DNA of 64,000 nucleotides from a virus (taxonomy: Duplodnaviria; Caudoviricetes), in the IMG/VR virus record IMGVR_UViG_3300025450_001231; one strand, 5' to 3'. The notes under the pieces were generated by a model. The model worked only from the letters and a program-made list of their open reading frames with translations. It was not told the origin of the DNA and ran no database searches. Position numbers and translations under genes: made by a program. Position 1 is the first letter of the stretch, and each line of letters opens with the position of its first letter. Below, in pieces: positions 1-10,600 of this stretch.

Positions 1-249
1 AAATGTACCTTTGTTACTGGTGTATTGTTCGATGGGTAGTATCTTGGCTCCTTTAATTTCCCCGCCAAGTTCTTCTCGTATTTCTCTTTGAAGTCCGTCA
101 AGTATAGATTCTCCCGATTCTATTTTTCCGCCCACTATTCCCCACGTGTCAGGGAATCTCCCACCATTTCTTAATAGGAATAGATATCTGTTGGTGCTTG
201 TTGAATATATAAGTGCACCACAACTTTGTTTTAGATTATTAGTTGCCAT
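1..249 (-). CDS. Nudix hydrolase (runs off window start; absent from ORF track)
   Basis: Manual translation MATNNLKQSCGALIY...WGIVGGKIESGESILDGLQREIREELG contains a complete Nudix box; start overlaps the end of the upstream gene. Confidence 0.85.
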   Translation of the reverse strand, partial: MATNNLKQSCGALIYSTSTNRYLFLLRNGGRFPDTWGIVGGKIESGESILDGLQREIREELGGEIKGAKILPIEQYTSNKGTF

Positions 250-1841
250 TGTCCTGCTGGGTAATACCCTTCATAACTCTTGGTCCATTGTGCACCGTCC
301 CATTTATACTGTACACTGGTAGTTAAGTTAGTAACATAGTTTACTGCAGAAGTGGCTCTACTGTCAAATGCTACTTGCCAGTGTTGCCCATTAAATTGTA
401 TAATATCGTTAGCAACTGCATATAATGGTGTATTATCTCTGCCCATCCAATTGTATTGTGGTTGTGCACCTGGAGTAGTTATATAATCGTTGACCAACAA
501 ATAGCGTGTGCCGTCGGCTAGGTCTTGAAGATCTTTATTTGGTCTGCTGTTCTGCGGATCGATTATAGCATTGACAGGAACTAATGTATTTGCTGGTATA
601 GTATCTATATCCGGAGTCCACATTAGTACAGTATCGTCAACAGGATTATATGCTACAGTACCGATTACTTCGTTACGATCCGGAAGTGTAAATCTAATTT
701 GGCTACCACCATTGACCAAGTTACCGTAGATATTGACAACAGTTCTCCAAGGTAAGTTCGTTCCAATTTTATGTGTAACAGCATTAAATGTAATCAAGTC
801 ACCGTCAAATCCTGTAACAATATTACTGGTTGTAACAGTTGTACCGTTGATGCTCACCACTACACTATTATTGCTTACAGTTGCAACAGGTGTTGCACCG
901 TCGGTTACAGCTAGTGTACCGACTATCATTCCAGGTTCTATACCGTCTGTGTTATCAACTACAACAGTTGTGCCATTTCTGACAGACGAAGTCAATTGTT
1001 TAATAACTTGTTGTGCAGTAGGATCGATTACCGGATCGTGTTCTTGCACTAATTTTACAGTATTGTCTATTAATATTACTCCGTACTGTAATGGTGTAAT
1101 ATATTGTCGACTCATCAAATTGGCATCACTATAAATGGCTTCGTCTATGTTGCCGTCTGAGTCAAAAATACTGGCAATAATTTTTTGAACAACTCCCAAT
1201 TTCTTAACCAGCGCAGGTGCACTTAGGAATATTGGTAATTCAAAAGTTAGTGTAGCAACGTCAATGGGATTTTCAGTACCAATTGGCACAGTTCTTGAAC
1301 TCCAGGTAGTATCAGTCAGTGTTATGTAAGTAATACTGGTCCAATCAACATAGTTGTCTGTGCTTTGAATTTCCATAGACGGATTAAACAAGGTTGAAAT
1401 TTGCTCAATCAGTTGTAATTTTTGTTCAGTATTACTGGTCCAAATATCTACCTTGAGAGTTAATCGATAAGGCACAGGCATTAGTCTTTCGACAGTTAAT
1501 AAATCGCCTTGGGTAGTACTAAAATCCCCAGTGCTAGGATCAAAGAATCTTTCACGTAAATTTAGTTTACCTACATACGTTGGATTCTGCACTCTTTCCC
1601 TGTCGTATTTTAGTTCACTAATATAAACAGCCATAGCAGGAACACTATTCAAATAGTTTTCACTGTTTTGTTTTAGAATAGCCATACCTTGACGACTGCT
1701 ATCGCCATAAATCACAGGGACTCTTTGAAGTGCAATACTGTTGTTTCGGTCAAATCCGAATTCAACTTGAAAGTTACTGAGTATACGAATAAACTGAGTA
1801 AGGTATCTTCGGATTTGCCCTGAATAGAAAAATTGTTGCAT
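231..1841 (-). CDS. Tail sheath terminator/tail completion protein (T4 gp15-like) with C-terminal extension
   Basis: N-terminus FFYSGQIRRY...QRVPVIYG and PVPYRLTLKVDIWT...EQISTLFNP resemble gp15-family motifs; neck gene context. Confidence 0.7.
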   Translation of the reverse strand: MQQFFYSGQIRRYLTQFIRILSNFQVEFGFDRNNSIALQRVPVIYGDSSRQGMAILKQNSENYLNSVPAMAVYISELKYDRERVQNPTYVGKLNLRERFFDPSTGDFSTTQGDLLTVERLMPVPYRLTLKVDIWTSNTEQKLQLIEQISTLFNPSMEIQSTDNYVDWTSITYITLTDTTWSSRTVPIGTENPIDVATLTFELPIFLSAPALVKKLGVVQKIIASIFDSDGNIDEAIYSDANLMSRQYITPLQYGVILIDNTVKLVQEHDPVIDPTAQQVIKQLTSSVRNGTTVVVDNTDGIEPGMIVGTLAVTDGATPVATVSNNSVVVSINGTTVTTSNIVTGFDGDLITFNAVTHKIGTNLPWRTVVNIYGNLVNGGSQIRFTLPDRNEVIGTVAYNPVDDTVLMWTPDIDTIPANTLVPVNAIIDPQNSRPNKDLQDLADGTRYLLVNDYITTPGAQPQYNWMGRDNTPLYAVANDIIQFNGQHWQVAFDSRATSAVNYVTNLTTSVQYKWDGAQWTKSYEGYYPAGQWQLII

Positions 1842-1849
1842 AGTGTTGT

Positions 1850-3322
1850 TTAGTTATCTGCACGTGGTGTTAGTGCTTGGTTGAGATTTTGTCTTGTTGG
1901 CAAAGTCTGACCTTCTTTATTTGTATATGTACTGGTATCATTGATAAATGTACTGGTTAAAGTCTTATTATCTGCACCCGGTGTTAAATTGGCTCTGACT
2001 ACATCTTGCACAACAACCCATCTAGCGCCGTCCCATCGAAATAATCTATTAGGTAAAAAATCTACTCTTAATATATAGTCGCCAATTTGTGGCAAAGGTG
2101 GAAATTGGGTGTTACTGATAATAGCCAAATCCTCGGGACTAAATTTAGTGTACTGCCCAATGCTGGTATTTGCTGCTGGAAAACTAGGATCAGTTGGGAA
2201 ACTAGTACTAACATTAGCAACAAATCCATTTGGTGGTTGGCTATCGGTGGTCAAATACCCTGGTGTGTTTTGAGCAGGTCTATAGGGTAAAGTATTAACG
2301 TAATCGACATTACTGTCTACATATAAATTAGTAAAATCAACAGTTTGTCCAGTGGGATCTCCGGGACTACCATCCGGTAAAGTTGGTTCCACATAAAGTG
2401 TATCAGTATTGTATCCACTTAACGGAACATCAATTTGTGCTTGAGCTAGTACTGCATCGTTAATTTCATTGAGCTTGTTATAGTTAGACAGTATTTGCCC
2501 AATCGGGGTATTTGCTGCATCGCCTGCAGTAACATTGTTCAAAATATCTTTGTATTCTTGTGCATCCACTAGCGGTGTCATTTTGACTCTGACTAAATGC
2601 GGCCACCAAGTAGCACTGAATCCTTCGGCGGCAAATGTTACATCTTGAATAACATAGTAACGTTTTAGTACTGCTGGAATAGCTGCATCCAACGGGTAGT
2701 AATCCTTTTTATGCAACAATTCTAATACATCTCCTGACATTAGTTTTCTGCCAACAGTAGTAACAACATCGTTTAGATGGAAAGTCATCATAACAGTATC
2801 TGCACTTAAAAAGATTCCAAATTGTTGCAAGTCAAAGTCATTATCATTTACTGTGTAAATTCCTCTGAGACTGTATATGCTAGTATCGTATTTTCTATCA
2901 CGATTTTCAACAAACAGTAAATCTTGTATATTAGTTGCAGATTGATTTTGATAAGCAGGTTTTTCTGGATTGTTCCAATATATGCTAACTGGACTATTAC
3001 TGCTAATAGTAGATGTAATTGGATTATTAATGGTTACTGTGTTTGCACCAAAATTAACATTTGTAACAACAGTGCCACTTGCAATTCCAATTCCGCTAAC
3101 AGTTTGCCCGACAGCCATTGCACTGACATTACCAAAAGGTAATACATTTGAATTGGCAGTTACAGTTGCAGTAGTATTGTATGCCTGTACTTGACTAGTA
3201 GGGCCAAGATATTTGTGCAAGTACACACCGGTACCGCCAATAGTAAACTCTTCGGAGATTCTACGATCGAAAAATTTGTAATCATTGCTGTGGTTTTCTC
3301 GCCACAAAGATAGTCTTGGCAT
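1850..3322 (-). CDS. Neck/head-closure protein (T4 gp14-like)
   Basis: IQDLLFVENRDRKYD...FDLQQFGIFLSAD...LMSGDVLEL pattern; adjacent to gp15-like gene. Confidence 0.55.
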   Translation of the reverse strand: MPRLSLWRENHSNDYKFFDRRISEEFTIGGTGVYLHKYLGPTSQVQAYNTTATVTANSNVLPFGNVSAMAVGQTVSGIGIASGTVVTNVNFGANTVTINNPITSTISSNSPVSIYWNNPEKPAYQNQSATNIQDLLFVENRDRKYDTSIYSLRGIYTVNDNDFDLQQFGIFLSADTVMMTFHLNDVVTTVGRKLMSGDVLELLHKKDYYPLDAAIPAVLKRYYVIQDVTFAAEGFSATWWPHLVRVKMTPLVDAQEYKDILNNVTAGDAANTPIGQILSNYNKLNEINDAVLAQAQIDVPLSGYNTDTLYVEPTLPDGSPGDPTGQTVDFTNLYVDSNVDYVNTLPYRPAQNTPGYLTTDSQPPNGFVANVSTSFPTDPSFPAANTSIGQYTKFSPEDLAIISNTQFPPLPQIGDYILRVDFLPNRLFRWDGARWVVVQDVVRANLTPGADNKTLTSTFINDTSTYTNKEGQTLPTRQNLNQALTPRADN

Positions 3323-3356
3323 TATTTGTCCCGTTTATAGTGTATTTATTGCAACA

Positions 3357-3385
3357 TTGACATTAAATTTCAATTACCGTATAAT
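3357..3385 (+). promoter_or_regulatory. Sigma70-type early promoter
   Basis: TTGACA(3357)-17 nt-TATAAT(3380); ATG 3392 at the predicted +1. Confidence 0.8.
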
Positions 3386-3391
3386 TGTGGG

Positions 3392-3652
3392 ATGACACAA
3401 ATTATAGACTACGAGCCAAAATTTAGTGAAATGTTAGCCTGTATCAGTGCGGTTAACGATATGCGGGCCCGTAGTCAACTGTATAAAATGTATACAAACT
3501 GTCGTAAAATCCACACAGAAATGAGCCAAGAATTGGTAGAGTGCAGACGTAGGAAAAAGTTAACACAAAAGTATACAGAATTAGAAACTAACTTAAACCT
3601 AAGTATTAGTGAATTTGAACAGTGGACAACCTTTGCGAATTTGATTTATTGA
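3392..3652 (+). CDS. Hypothetical protein (86 aa)
   Basis: ORF directly behind a consensus promoter. Confidence 0.6.
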   Translation: MTQIIDYEPKFSEMLACISAVNDMRARSQLYKMYTNCRKIHTEMSQELVECRRRKKLTQKYTELETNLNLSISEFEQWTTFANLIY

Positions 3653-3677
3653 CATTAATACTGATCTGCAGTATAAT
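3649..3677 (+). promoter_or_regulatory. Sigma70-type early promoter
   Basis: TTGACA(3649)-17 nt-TATAAT(3672). Confidence 0.8.
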
Positions 3678-3707
3678 GTATTTTTACAACACAAAACGTA
3701 GGCTACT

Positions 3708-4136
3708 ATGGAAATTACAGTAAAATGTCGAGGACAGGGCAGAGCCGAGTTAGTTAAAGCCTGCGCAGGTTTTATTGCAAAAGAACTAAGAATCAGCAAC
3801 AGCACTTGGAAACTGCAAATCCAGCTCAAACGTTTCCCCAAAGAAGAAGGCATTCGTGGTAGCGTAATCGATGCTGGACCTAAACAGTTAGTGATGTTTT
3901 TAGAGTCGTCTATGGAGTTTGAACGTTTTACAGAAGTGTTGAGTCACGAAATGGTACACGTTAAGCAATTTGTGCGTGGCCAGTATAAACAAGAAATCAA
4001 ACGTGGTCTTCCAGTACATTACTGGATGGGCAAGCAGGTAAAGGCTAAGTATTACGACCAACCTTGGGAACAAGATGCTTGGAGTCGTGAGCGAATTTTA
4101 TCAAACAAATTATTTGCTGTTATTAATCAGGAGTAA
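3708..4136 (+). CDS. Putative HExxH zinc metallopeptidase
   Basis: LSHEMVHVKQF motif with downstream PWEQDA (PWExEA-like). Confidence 0.65.
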   Translation: MEITVKCRGQGRAELVKACAGFIAKELRISNSTWKLQIQLKRFPKEEGIRGSVIDAGPKQLVMFLESSMEFERFTEVLSHEMVHVKQFVRGQYKQEIKRGLPVHYWMGKQVKAKYYDQPWEQDAWSRERILSNKLFAVINQE

Positions 4137-4139
4137 ACA

Positions 4140-5315
4140 ATGGCGACAGTAGCAGGAATTAAAATCAAAACCAAAGTGGCTAAGCCACGTGGCGGCCAGT
4201 TTATGGATGAAAAGTACACAGGTGGGGAGCCAACTTGGGATACAGAAGCAGCAGAAAAGTTTGATAACGAAACTTTTGATCATTATCTGCGCAAGAGTTT
4301 CTATTACTACAATTATTACTATACTCAAAAAGACTGTAAAAAATACATTGTAGAATGGATGCAAGCACAACCTAGTACATTTTCCAAACAAGAAGTAAGT
4401 GCGTTTATTCGCAGTAGTGACCGTAATATGTCAATGACAGCCTGTAGCCTCATTATGGCACATCGTGCAGGTATGCCATTCCGTGGACGTCACATTGAGT
4501 TTATTACAGAAGCTATTAACAAATCTATCGGTTTAGCCGAACCTGAAGATACTGTGGTTGAGACTGCTGAGGAAAAACCTAAAGCATACGTGCCCACTAT
4601 CCAGGATCGCCTTAATGAAAAAACTGCTGAAATTATCGGCGAGTTAGAAGGTCATTATGACGAAGCCACAAAAGCAACAAAGACTACATTTAAGCCCTAC
4701 GAGTATCTTGTGTCAAACAATGTAGTACAAAGTCAATTAAGCAAATATGAATTGGTTTATACCAAACGCAAACTAGAGCTTGAATCGGCATTGGCCAAGC
4801 AAGACGAAGACCTTAAAGAAGGGTATCGTCATTATAAAGCCGCAGACTTCAAACGTTTGATTGCTTGGATTGATGATCTTTTGGTAGCGATTGATCAATA
4901 TAGAAGTGTGAAAAAAGCAGTTAAAAAAGCTCGTGTGAAAAAAGCACCTTCGAAAGAGAAATTGATCAGCAAGTTAAAGTACAGTAAAGAGTTCAAAGAA
5001 CTTAAAATTGTCAGTATTAATCCTGCCGATATTATTGGTGCTACAGAATTATGGGTTTACAATACCAAATATCGTAAATTGGGTAGATATACTGCAGATG
5101 CATACAAGACGTTGACCATTAAAGGCACAACTATTGAAAACTTTGATTCTACCAAGAGTGTGCAAAAGACCTTGCGTAAGCCTGCAGAGCAATTAAAAGA
5201 ATTTGCTAAAGCAGGTAAGGTACAGTTGCGTAAGTTTTTAGATGATATTCGTGCAACAGATACGCAACTAACAGGGCGTATTAGTACAGACATAGTACTG
5301 CTAAAAGCGGCATAA
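4140..5315 (+). CDS. Hypothetical phage protein (391 aa)
   Basis: Long ORF, Lys-rich C-terminal domain; function not recognised. Confidence 0.6.
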   Translation: MATVAGIKIKTKVAKPRGGQFMDEKYTGGEPTWDTEAAEKFDNETFDHYLRKSFYYYNYYYTQKDCKKYIVEWMQAQPSTFSKQEVSAFIRSSDRNMSMTACSLIMAHRAGMPFRGRHIEFITEAINKSIGLAEPEDTVVETAEEKPKAYVPTIQDRLNEKTAEIIGELEGHYDEATKATKTTFKPYEYLVSNNVVQSQLSKYELVYTKRKLELESALAKQDEDLKEGYRHYKAADFKRLIAWIDDLLVAIDQYRSVKKAVKKARVKKAPSKEKLISKLKYSKEFKELKIVSINPADIIGATELWVYNTKYRKLGRYTADAYKTLTIKGTTIENFDSTKSVQKTLRKPAEQLKEFAKAGKVQLRKFLDDIRATDTQLTGRISTDIVLLKAA

Positions 5316-5357
5316 TATAGTTTCCTATTAGCTAAATATGGTTAGTAGGACACAATT

Positions 5358-6512
5358 ATGCCAGTACAAATGACCCCAGGTCTGCAAAACGACCTAAGCC
5401 TTCAAACCCAGAATCTTGGTGGTCCTGGGCCAATTGACATCAATAGTGCAATTGATGCCGCCGGTAATATCCAAACACTAAATCAACTTCGTAATCAAAT
5501 GACTGATTACATTAGATTGCGTTTGGGCGACGGTATTGTTGATGTTGAATTAGACAAAGAACACTTTGAGCTTGCTATTAAGCAGTCACTTACTAAATAT
5601 CGACAATTGGCCAGTAATGCACAAGAAGAAAGTTATGCGTTTTTGGACCTTTTGCCTGAAACACAGGAATACATACTGCCCAATAATATTATGGATGTGC
5701 GTACTATCTTCCGTCGTGGTATTGGAAGTGTGACAGGTACAACTGCAAGTCAATTTGAACCATTTGCCAGCGGTTATTTGAATACTTATATGTTGGTTGC
5801 AGGTCGAGTTGGGGGATTAACCAATTACGAAATGTTTACACAATATCAAAAATTAGCTATGACTATGTTTGGCGGTTATATGAATTATACATTTAATCGT
5901 GTTACTAAGAAACTTACTGTGGTTAGAAAGATCCCCCAGTACGGTCATACATTTTTACCTATTCAAAGTATTGTGGCCAGTAGTCAAAATGTTGGTGCCA
6001 CTATTACTATTACATTTAATGTGCCTTGGCCTTTACAAGCAGGCAACAGTATCTACATTATTAACCCTACAGTAGCAGGGTGGGCTGGCCAATACATTGT
6101 GCAAACAGTTGGGGCAGGCGGTAATGTTATTACAGTTACTGCACAACAACCTTTAGGTAGTTTAGAACTAACTGACTATGCAATGAGCCAAACTCAAATT
6201 TGGAGTCCAGAATTGGATAGCGTAGACAATACCGAAAGTGTGCTATTATGGGTCTATAATTACAAACCAGATAGCGTGTTGTTAAGTGACCAGTTTGTTT
6301 ATCCTTGGTTGCAAGAATATGCACTCGCATTTTGTAAAACTATTTTAGGACAAGCTCGTGGCAAGTTTGCTCAAATTGCAGGACCACAAGGTGGTACACA
6401 ACTAAATGGTGCTGCTCTTATGGCAGAAGGCCAAGCCGAAATGGAAAAGCTCGAATTAGATATAAGAAACTATGTAGATGGCTCACAACCGTTGACTTGG
6501 GTTACTGGTTAA
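5358..6512 (+). CDS. Neck/head-tail adaptor protein (T4 gp13-like)
   Basis: YIRLRLGDGIVDVELD...WLQEYALAFCKTILGQARGKF...GGTQLNG pattern; preceded by late motif CTAAATA. Confidence 0.75.
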   Translation: MPVQMTPGLQNDLSLQTQNLGGPGPIDINSAIDAAGNIQTLNQLRNQMTDYIRLRLGDGIVDVELDKEHFELAIKQSLTKYRQLASNAQEESYAFLDLLPETQEYILPNNIMDVRTIFRRGIGSVTGTTASQFEPFASGYLNTYMLVAGRVGGLTNYEMFTQYQKLAMTMFGGYMNYTFNRVTKKLTVVRKIPQYGHTFLPIQSIVASSQNVGATITITFNVPWPLQAGNSIYIINPTVAGWAGQYIVQTVGAGGNVITVTAQQPLGSLELTDYAMSQTQIWSPELDSVDNTESVLLWVYNYKPDSVLLSDQFVYPWLQEYALAFCKTILGQARGKFAQIAGPQGGTQLNGAALMAEGQAEMEKLELDIRNYVDGSQPLTWVTG

Positions 6513-6543
6513 TGTTATACTAGCAACTCACGCAGGAGTTGTT

Positions 6544-7155
6544 ATGATCATAGGATTTTGTGGATTAATTGGCAGTGGTAAAGATACTGCTGCAGACTAT
6601 CTTGTTAACTTTCACGAGTTTCGTAGGGACAGTTTTGCAAGCAGTCTTAAAGATGCAGTTAGCGCAGTATTTGGTTGGGACCGAGAACTATTAGAAGGCC
6701 GTACTAAAACTGCAAGGGCTTGGCGAGAAGAAATAGATCCATGGTGGAGCCAACGCTTGAATATGCCACATCTTACTCCCCGTTGGATACTACAATATTG
6801 GGGCACAGAAGTCTGCAGACAAGGATTCCACGATGATATGTGGATTGCCAGCTTAGAAAACAAACTTAGAAATACCAACGACAGCACAGTTATCACTGAC
6901 TGTAGATTTCCTAACGAAATAGCTGCCATAAGAGCACAAGGTGGTAGAATTGTGTGGATACAACGCGGTATAATTCCCCATTGGTACGATATTGCATCAA
7001 AAGCAAACAAAGGAGATACCAAAGCTGCTGAATGGCTCAAAGCAAATAATATACACGCTAGTGAAACATCATGGGCTGGTACTGATTTTGATGTTGTCGT
7101 AGACAATAACGGCACTATAGACGACTTATACTCGCAACTTAAAAATCTGGTTTAA
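6544..7155 (+). CDS. Deoxynucleoside monophosphate kinase (T4 gp1-like)
   Basis: GLIGSGKDT P-loop, TPRWILQYWGTE, VITDCRFPNE. Confidence 0.9.
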   Translation: MIIGFCGLIGSGKDTAADYLVNFHEFRRDSFASSLKDAVSAVFGWDRELLEGRTKTARAWREEIDPWWSQRLNMPHLTPRWILQYWGTEVCRQGFHDDMWIASLENKLRNTNDSTVITDCRFPNEIAAIRAQGGRIVWIQRGIIPHWYDIASKANKGDTKAAEWLKANNIHASETSWAGTDFDVVVDNNGTIDDLYSQLKNLV

Positions 7156-7489
7156 CTTCAGCTTCTTGCCAAGGTAGCTTACTAAGGCCGATTTCTACTC
7201 TGCAATTCAAGCAAATACTTTTTAAGTTAAATTGGCTATTGTTGCGTAAGTTGCCGTCTACATGGAATACTGTCATTTGTTTGTCAGGATATTTGGCCTT
7301 CCAACCGCAATGATCGCAAACTGTGCGTTTCCTGTACCCAGCCTTAAACCACGCGGGGGGTATAGGCTTTAATTTGTTGCCTTTTCGACTACAACTGCTA
7401 CATAGTCTTCGATAGTGGTGTTTACCGTCTTTAACGTAGTTAACGGCCGACGGATTTTGTTTACAACTCTGACAAACGGGTCTAATCAT
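7139..7489 (-). CDS. Small Zn-binding HNH-like protein
   Basis: CxxC pairs, VFHVDGNLRNN...LKSICLNC (HNH-like core). Confidence 0.6.
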   Translation of the reverse strand: MIRPVCQSCKQNPSAVNYVKDGKHHYRRLCSSCSRKGNKLKPIPPAWFKAGYRKRTVCDHCGWKAKYPDKQMTVFHVDGNLRNNSQFNLKSICLNCRVEIGLSKLPWQEAEVKPDF

Positions 7490-7614
7490 ACTAATATTTA
7501 ATCAAACCTTTGGCAAAGGCACCTAAGCCACAGTTATTTCTCCAAATACGATAAATATCTTTATAAAGAATTTAAGGTTAATTTCTTATTTTTACACGTT
7601 AAAGGAAAAACACT

Positions 7615-10600
7615 ATGGCAACGCTAGTAAGTCCAGGCGTATCAGTTACAGTAACAGATGAAAGCAATTACAGTCCTAATAGTTTAGGGACTGTTGCTTA
7701 TATTTTATTGGCAACTGCACAAAACAAAACAGCTCCAGGCGGCACTTCAATTGCGGCCGGGACACTAAGTCAGAATGCAGACAAAGTATATACCATTACT
7801 AGTCAAAGAGATTTAGTTACCACATTTGGTAACCCATTCTTTGCAACTACTAATAGTGGTGCTGCTATTAATGCTGACGAGCAAAATGAATACGGCTTGA
7901 TGGCTGCATATAGTTTGTTGGGAGTATCGAATACAGTATATGTACAACGTGCTAATGTAGACTTAGGCGGATTAACAGGTACGACTATTCGTCCTGTAGA
8001 TAATCCAGCAACTGGTACTTACTGGTTAGATACATCTACTACCAATTGGGGAATTTATCAGTGGGACGCATTTACTCAGTCATTCACTGAACAATCTCCG
8101 ATTGTAATCACCAATCCTTCATTACTAGTAAGTAATACAACACCTAATGTAACACTTGGTGGAATTGGTAGTTATGCTGTCAATGCTTATCAAAGTAATA
8201 ATGTTCTTTACTATAAAGGATTGAGCAATACTTGGAATATAGTTGGGTCAACACAATGGCAATACGATATTCCTACAATAACAGGTTCGGTATTGAATCC
8301 TGTCATTCCTAGCGGCGGCGGAACAATAGATGTTAACGGTACAAACATTACATTTACTTCTGGTGAAAATTTAGCCAGTATTATTGCAACAATCAACGGT
8401 GCTGGTCCAGATAGTAATAATGTTGTTGCTACTACCAATAGTGTTAATCAGCTGATTCTAACTGGCTCTGCTTTAAGCAGCGGACAACAAATAACAATTA
8501 CAGGAGATACTAATGTAATGCAAGCATTAGGACTCCACTCAGGTACTTTTACTGTTCCCCAAGTTCAAATAGCACCGTACTACAATATTCCACAGTGGCA
8601 AGGTCCAGTGGGCGGCGGAGAAAGTCCCCCAACTGGTAGTGTTTGGCAAAAAACCACTACATTAGGCGGAGGTTTATCACCAGTTGTTAACAAATACAAT
8701 GCTACTAATGTAGCTTGGGAAACACAAAAAGTAACCGAATATCCAGATGTACTTACTGCTACATTCTCGTTGGATCCTACTGCAGGTGGTTTGAACATTA
8801 CGCAAAATTCTATTTTTGCACAGTACAATGTAAAACAAGACAATATTACACCTAGCGTTTATTTCTGGGTTCGTAATGCAAGTGGTCCAACAATTGGAAC
8901 AGGAACTACAACAACTCCTACATACAACAACGGACAGTTTAACATAACCGTTAGACCTACTGTTAATTCTCCATCCACTACTACATATACTGTAACAGTA
9001 TCTCAGCCAAGCGCATTTGGATTTATTAGCGCAGTTAGTGCTGCAGGAATTCCTAATGTTAGTGCAAAACTAGCAACTTCTGGAGCAATGACATTGGTTC
9101 ATGCTACAGGTGGCGACATAATCATATATGAAAATGATGGCTACAATGTATTAGGCGGAGTTGGATTAACTGCTGGCACACATAATAATATTACAGTGGA
9201 TCCGTCCGGCAGTGGTAATTCAATTATTAGTAATTGGGTTCCATTGGCATATATCCCAAGCAGCACACAACCTTATATTGATCCAGCAGATGGTACATAC
9301 TGGTATTATGATAGTCCTGCACACGTAGATATCATGATTAATGATGGAACCAATTGGAAAGGTTATAGAACTTTGGCCGCTGATATCAGAGGCTATAATT
9401 TACAACAAACCAATGTTAACGGTCCTATTGTTAGCTCAAGTGCTCCTACTGCACAAGACAACGGTAATTCATTGGTATACGGCGATTTGTGGTTAGACAC
9501 AAGCGACTTGGAAAACTATCCAAGTATATACAGATGGCAAAGTGTCAATGCAGCTAACCAATGGGTTAAGATTGATCTTACAGATGAAACAAGTCAAAAT
9601 GGTATCATATTTGCAGATGCTCGTTGGTCAGTAAATGGCACAACAGATCCTTCAACTGATGCAATGCCTAGTGTTGCTTCGTTAGCACTAAGCAATTATT
9701 TAGATTTGGATGCACCTGATCCTACCATTCACCCACGCGGTATGTTGTTGTTTAACACACGAGCCAGTGGATACAATGTAAAACAATTTAGATTTAACTA
9801 TTTCAATGGTACTTCATTCCCTGACCAATCATTACCTGCACAGAAAAATGCGTGGGTAAGCGTTAGCGGATATGATGCAGGAAATTCACCAAACTTTGGC
9901 CGTAAAGCACAACGTGGTGTTGTTGTTGCTGCATTGAAATCAGCAATCGACAGTAGCACAGTATTGCGTGAAGAACAACACGCATTTAACTTAATTGCTT
10001 GCCCAGGATATCCTGAGTTAATTCCTAATATGGTTACACTCAACGATGACCGTGGAGACACAGCCTTTATCGTAGGCGATACACCAATGCGTTTGCCTGC
10101 TACTGGTACTGCAATTCAAGCCTGGGCGCAAAATTCAAATAATGCACCTACTACAGGCGAGGATGGCTTAACAATTACTAACCCATATGTTGGAATTTAT
10201 TATCCATCTGCACAAACAAATGATTTAAGCGGTAATGCAATTGTTGTACCTCCAAGTCACGTGGCATTAAGAGTTATTAGTTTAAGTGATAATATGAGTT
10301 ATCAATGGTTTGCACCAGCTGGATCTCGTAGAGGTTTAATTGATAATGCAAGTAGCATTGGATATGTTGACGCTGATTCAGGCGCATATTATCCAGTGGG
10401 TATTACTCAAGGATTAAGAGATGTTATGTATACTAACTCAATTAATCCATACACTAACTTACCAGGAACTGGTTTATTGGTATACGGACAGAAAACATTA
10501 AGCCCAACTCCAAGTGCATTGGATCGTATTAATGTAGCAAGACTTGTTAACTATCTAAGAAGACAGTTATCAATTATTACTCGTCCATACTTGTTTGAAC

